DNA of 63,216 nt, filler included, from Octopus bimaculoides (lineage: Eukaryota): assembly GCF_001194135.2 (NCBI RefSeq). It is 9 parts of 8 records of this genome, joined end to end, with 100 filler letters (N's around TTAATTAATTAA, not from the genome) between each part and the next. Parts side by side here need not be neighbours in the genome. Positions count along the whole stretch, not along the records: positions 62,047 to 63,216 come from NW_026311852.1; 8 more parts are not named here. One strand, written 5' to 3'. The position numbers and the translations under genes were made by a program. Below the pieces are notes generated by a model. It worked only from the letters and a program-made list of their open reading frames with translations. It searched no databases and was not told where the DNA came from. Positions 62,692-63,216 of the stretch are shown here, piece by piece; positions within the stretch are counted from its first letter, which is position 1, and the number at the start of each line of letters is the position of its first letter.

Positions 62692-62942
62692 TGGTCACTC
62701 TGAAAAGTTAAATACAGCCGTAGATGTGTAGCTAACAAGGGCGATAAGTCATACATACACATCTAATGCAAATTTTCGGTCAGATTTAGTGTAATCAGTG
62801 CTCAATGTAACATTTTAAAGCAGCGAATATTCTTCGATATCGTTCGATATCATCATAAAAGTGATCCGTAAACGCTATATGAGAATATGTGCTTATAAAT
62901 ACGTGTGTATGTGTCTCGAGGCAATCTCAGGGTTCTGAGCAC

Positions 62943-63165
62943 ATGGCGCAGGAGTGGCTGTGTGGTAAGTAGCTTGCTTGCCAACCACATGGTTGCGGGT
63001 TCAGTCTCACTGCGTGGCACCTTGGGCAAGTGTCTTCTACTATAGCCTCGGGCCGACCAAAGCCTTGTGAGTGGATTTGGTAGATGGAAACTGAGAAAAG
63101 CCCGTCGCATATATGTGTATATATGTGTGTGTGTGTATGTGTGTGTTCTCCCCCCCACCCCAACA
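62943..63165 (+). mobile_element. SINE family B, 5' half with internal microsatellite
   Basis: gcaggagtggctgtgtggtaag..gggttcagtctcactgcgtggcaccttgggcaagtgtc..gcccgtcg, (TATG/TG)n, ttctccccccacccc. Confidence 0.92.
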
Positions 63166-63216
63166 TACTTCTATATATATACTTATATATATATATTTAT
63201 ATATATACATATATAT

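Overview
Gap-rich, AT-rich eukaryotic non-coding DNA (intron or intergenic) with no supportable host protein-coding exon and no CRISPR array. The SINE and microsatellite landscape resembles an octopus/cephalopod draft assembly; this is an inference, not a database result. Contents: three tRNA-derived SINE families (labelled A, B, C here; about 25 copies), five R4/Dong-like RLE LINE remnants, RTE and CR1-like remnants, three Penelope-like (PLE) remnants, four mariner derivatives (two with long TIRs), one deleted Helitron, several MITEs, a 5S rRNA copy, and many microsatellites. The main signal is a set of hammerhead ribozyme (HHR) motifs folded by hand: 575-636, 667-703, 47295-47340, 51122-51157, 57872-57968 and 61631-61666(-), plus a partial copy at 58744-58765. 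One HHR sits downstream of a tRNA-like Pol III head (candidate ribozyme SINE) and one ends a PLE remnant. Separately, a Ulp1/SUMO-protease-like domain lies just upstream of a PLE N-terminal region. All alignments and folds were done by eye, so element boundaries are approximate and ribozyme activity is untested.
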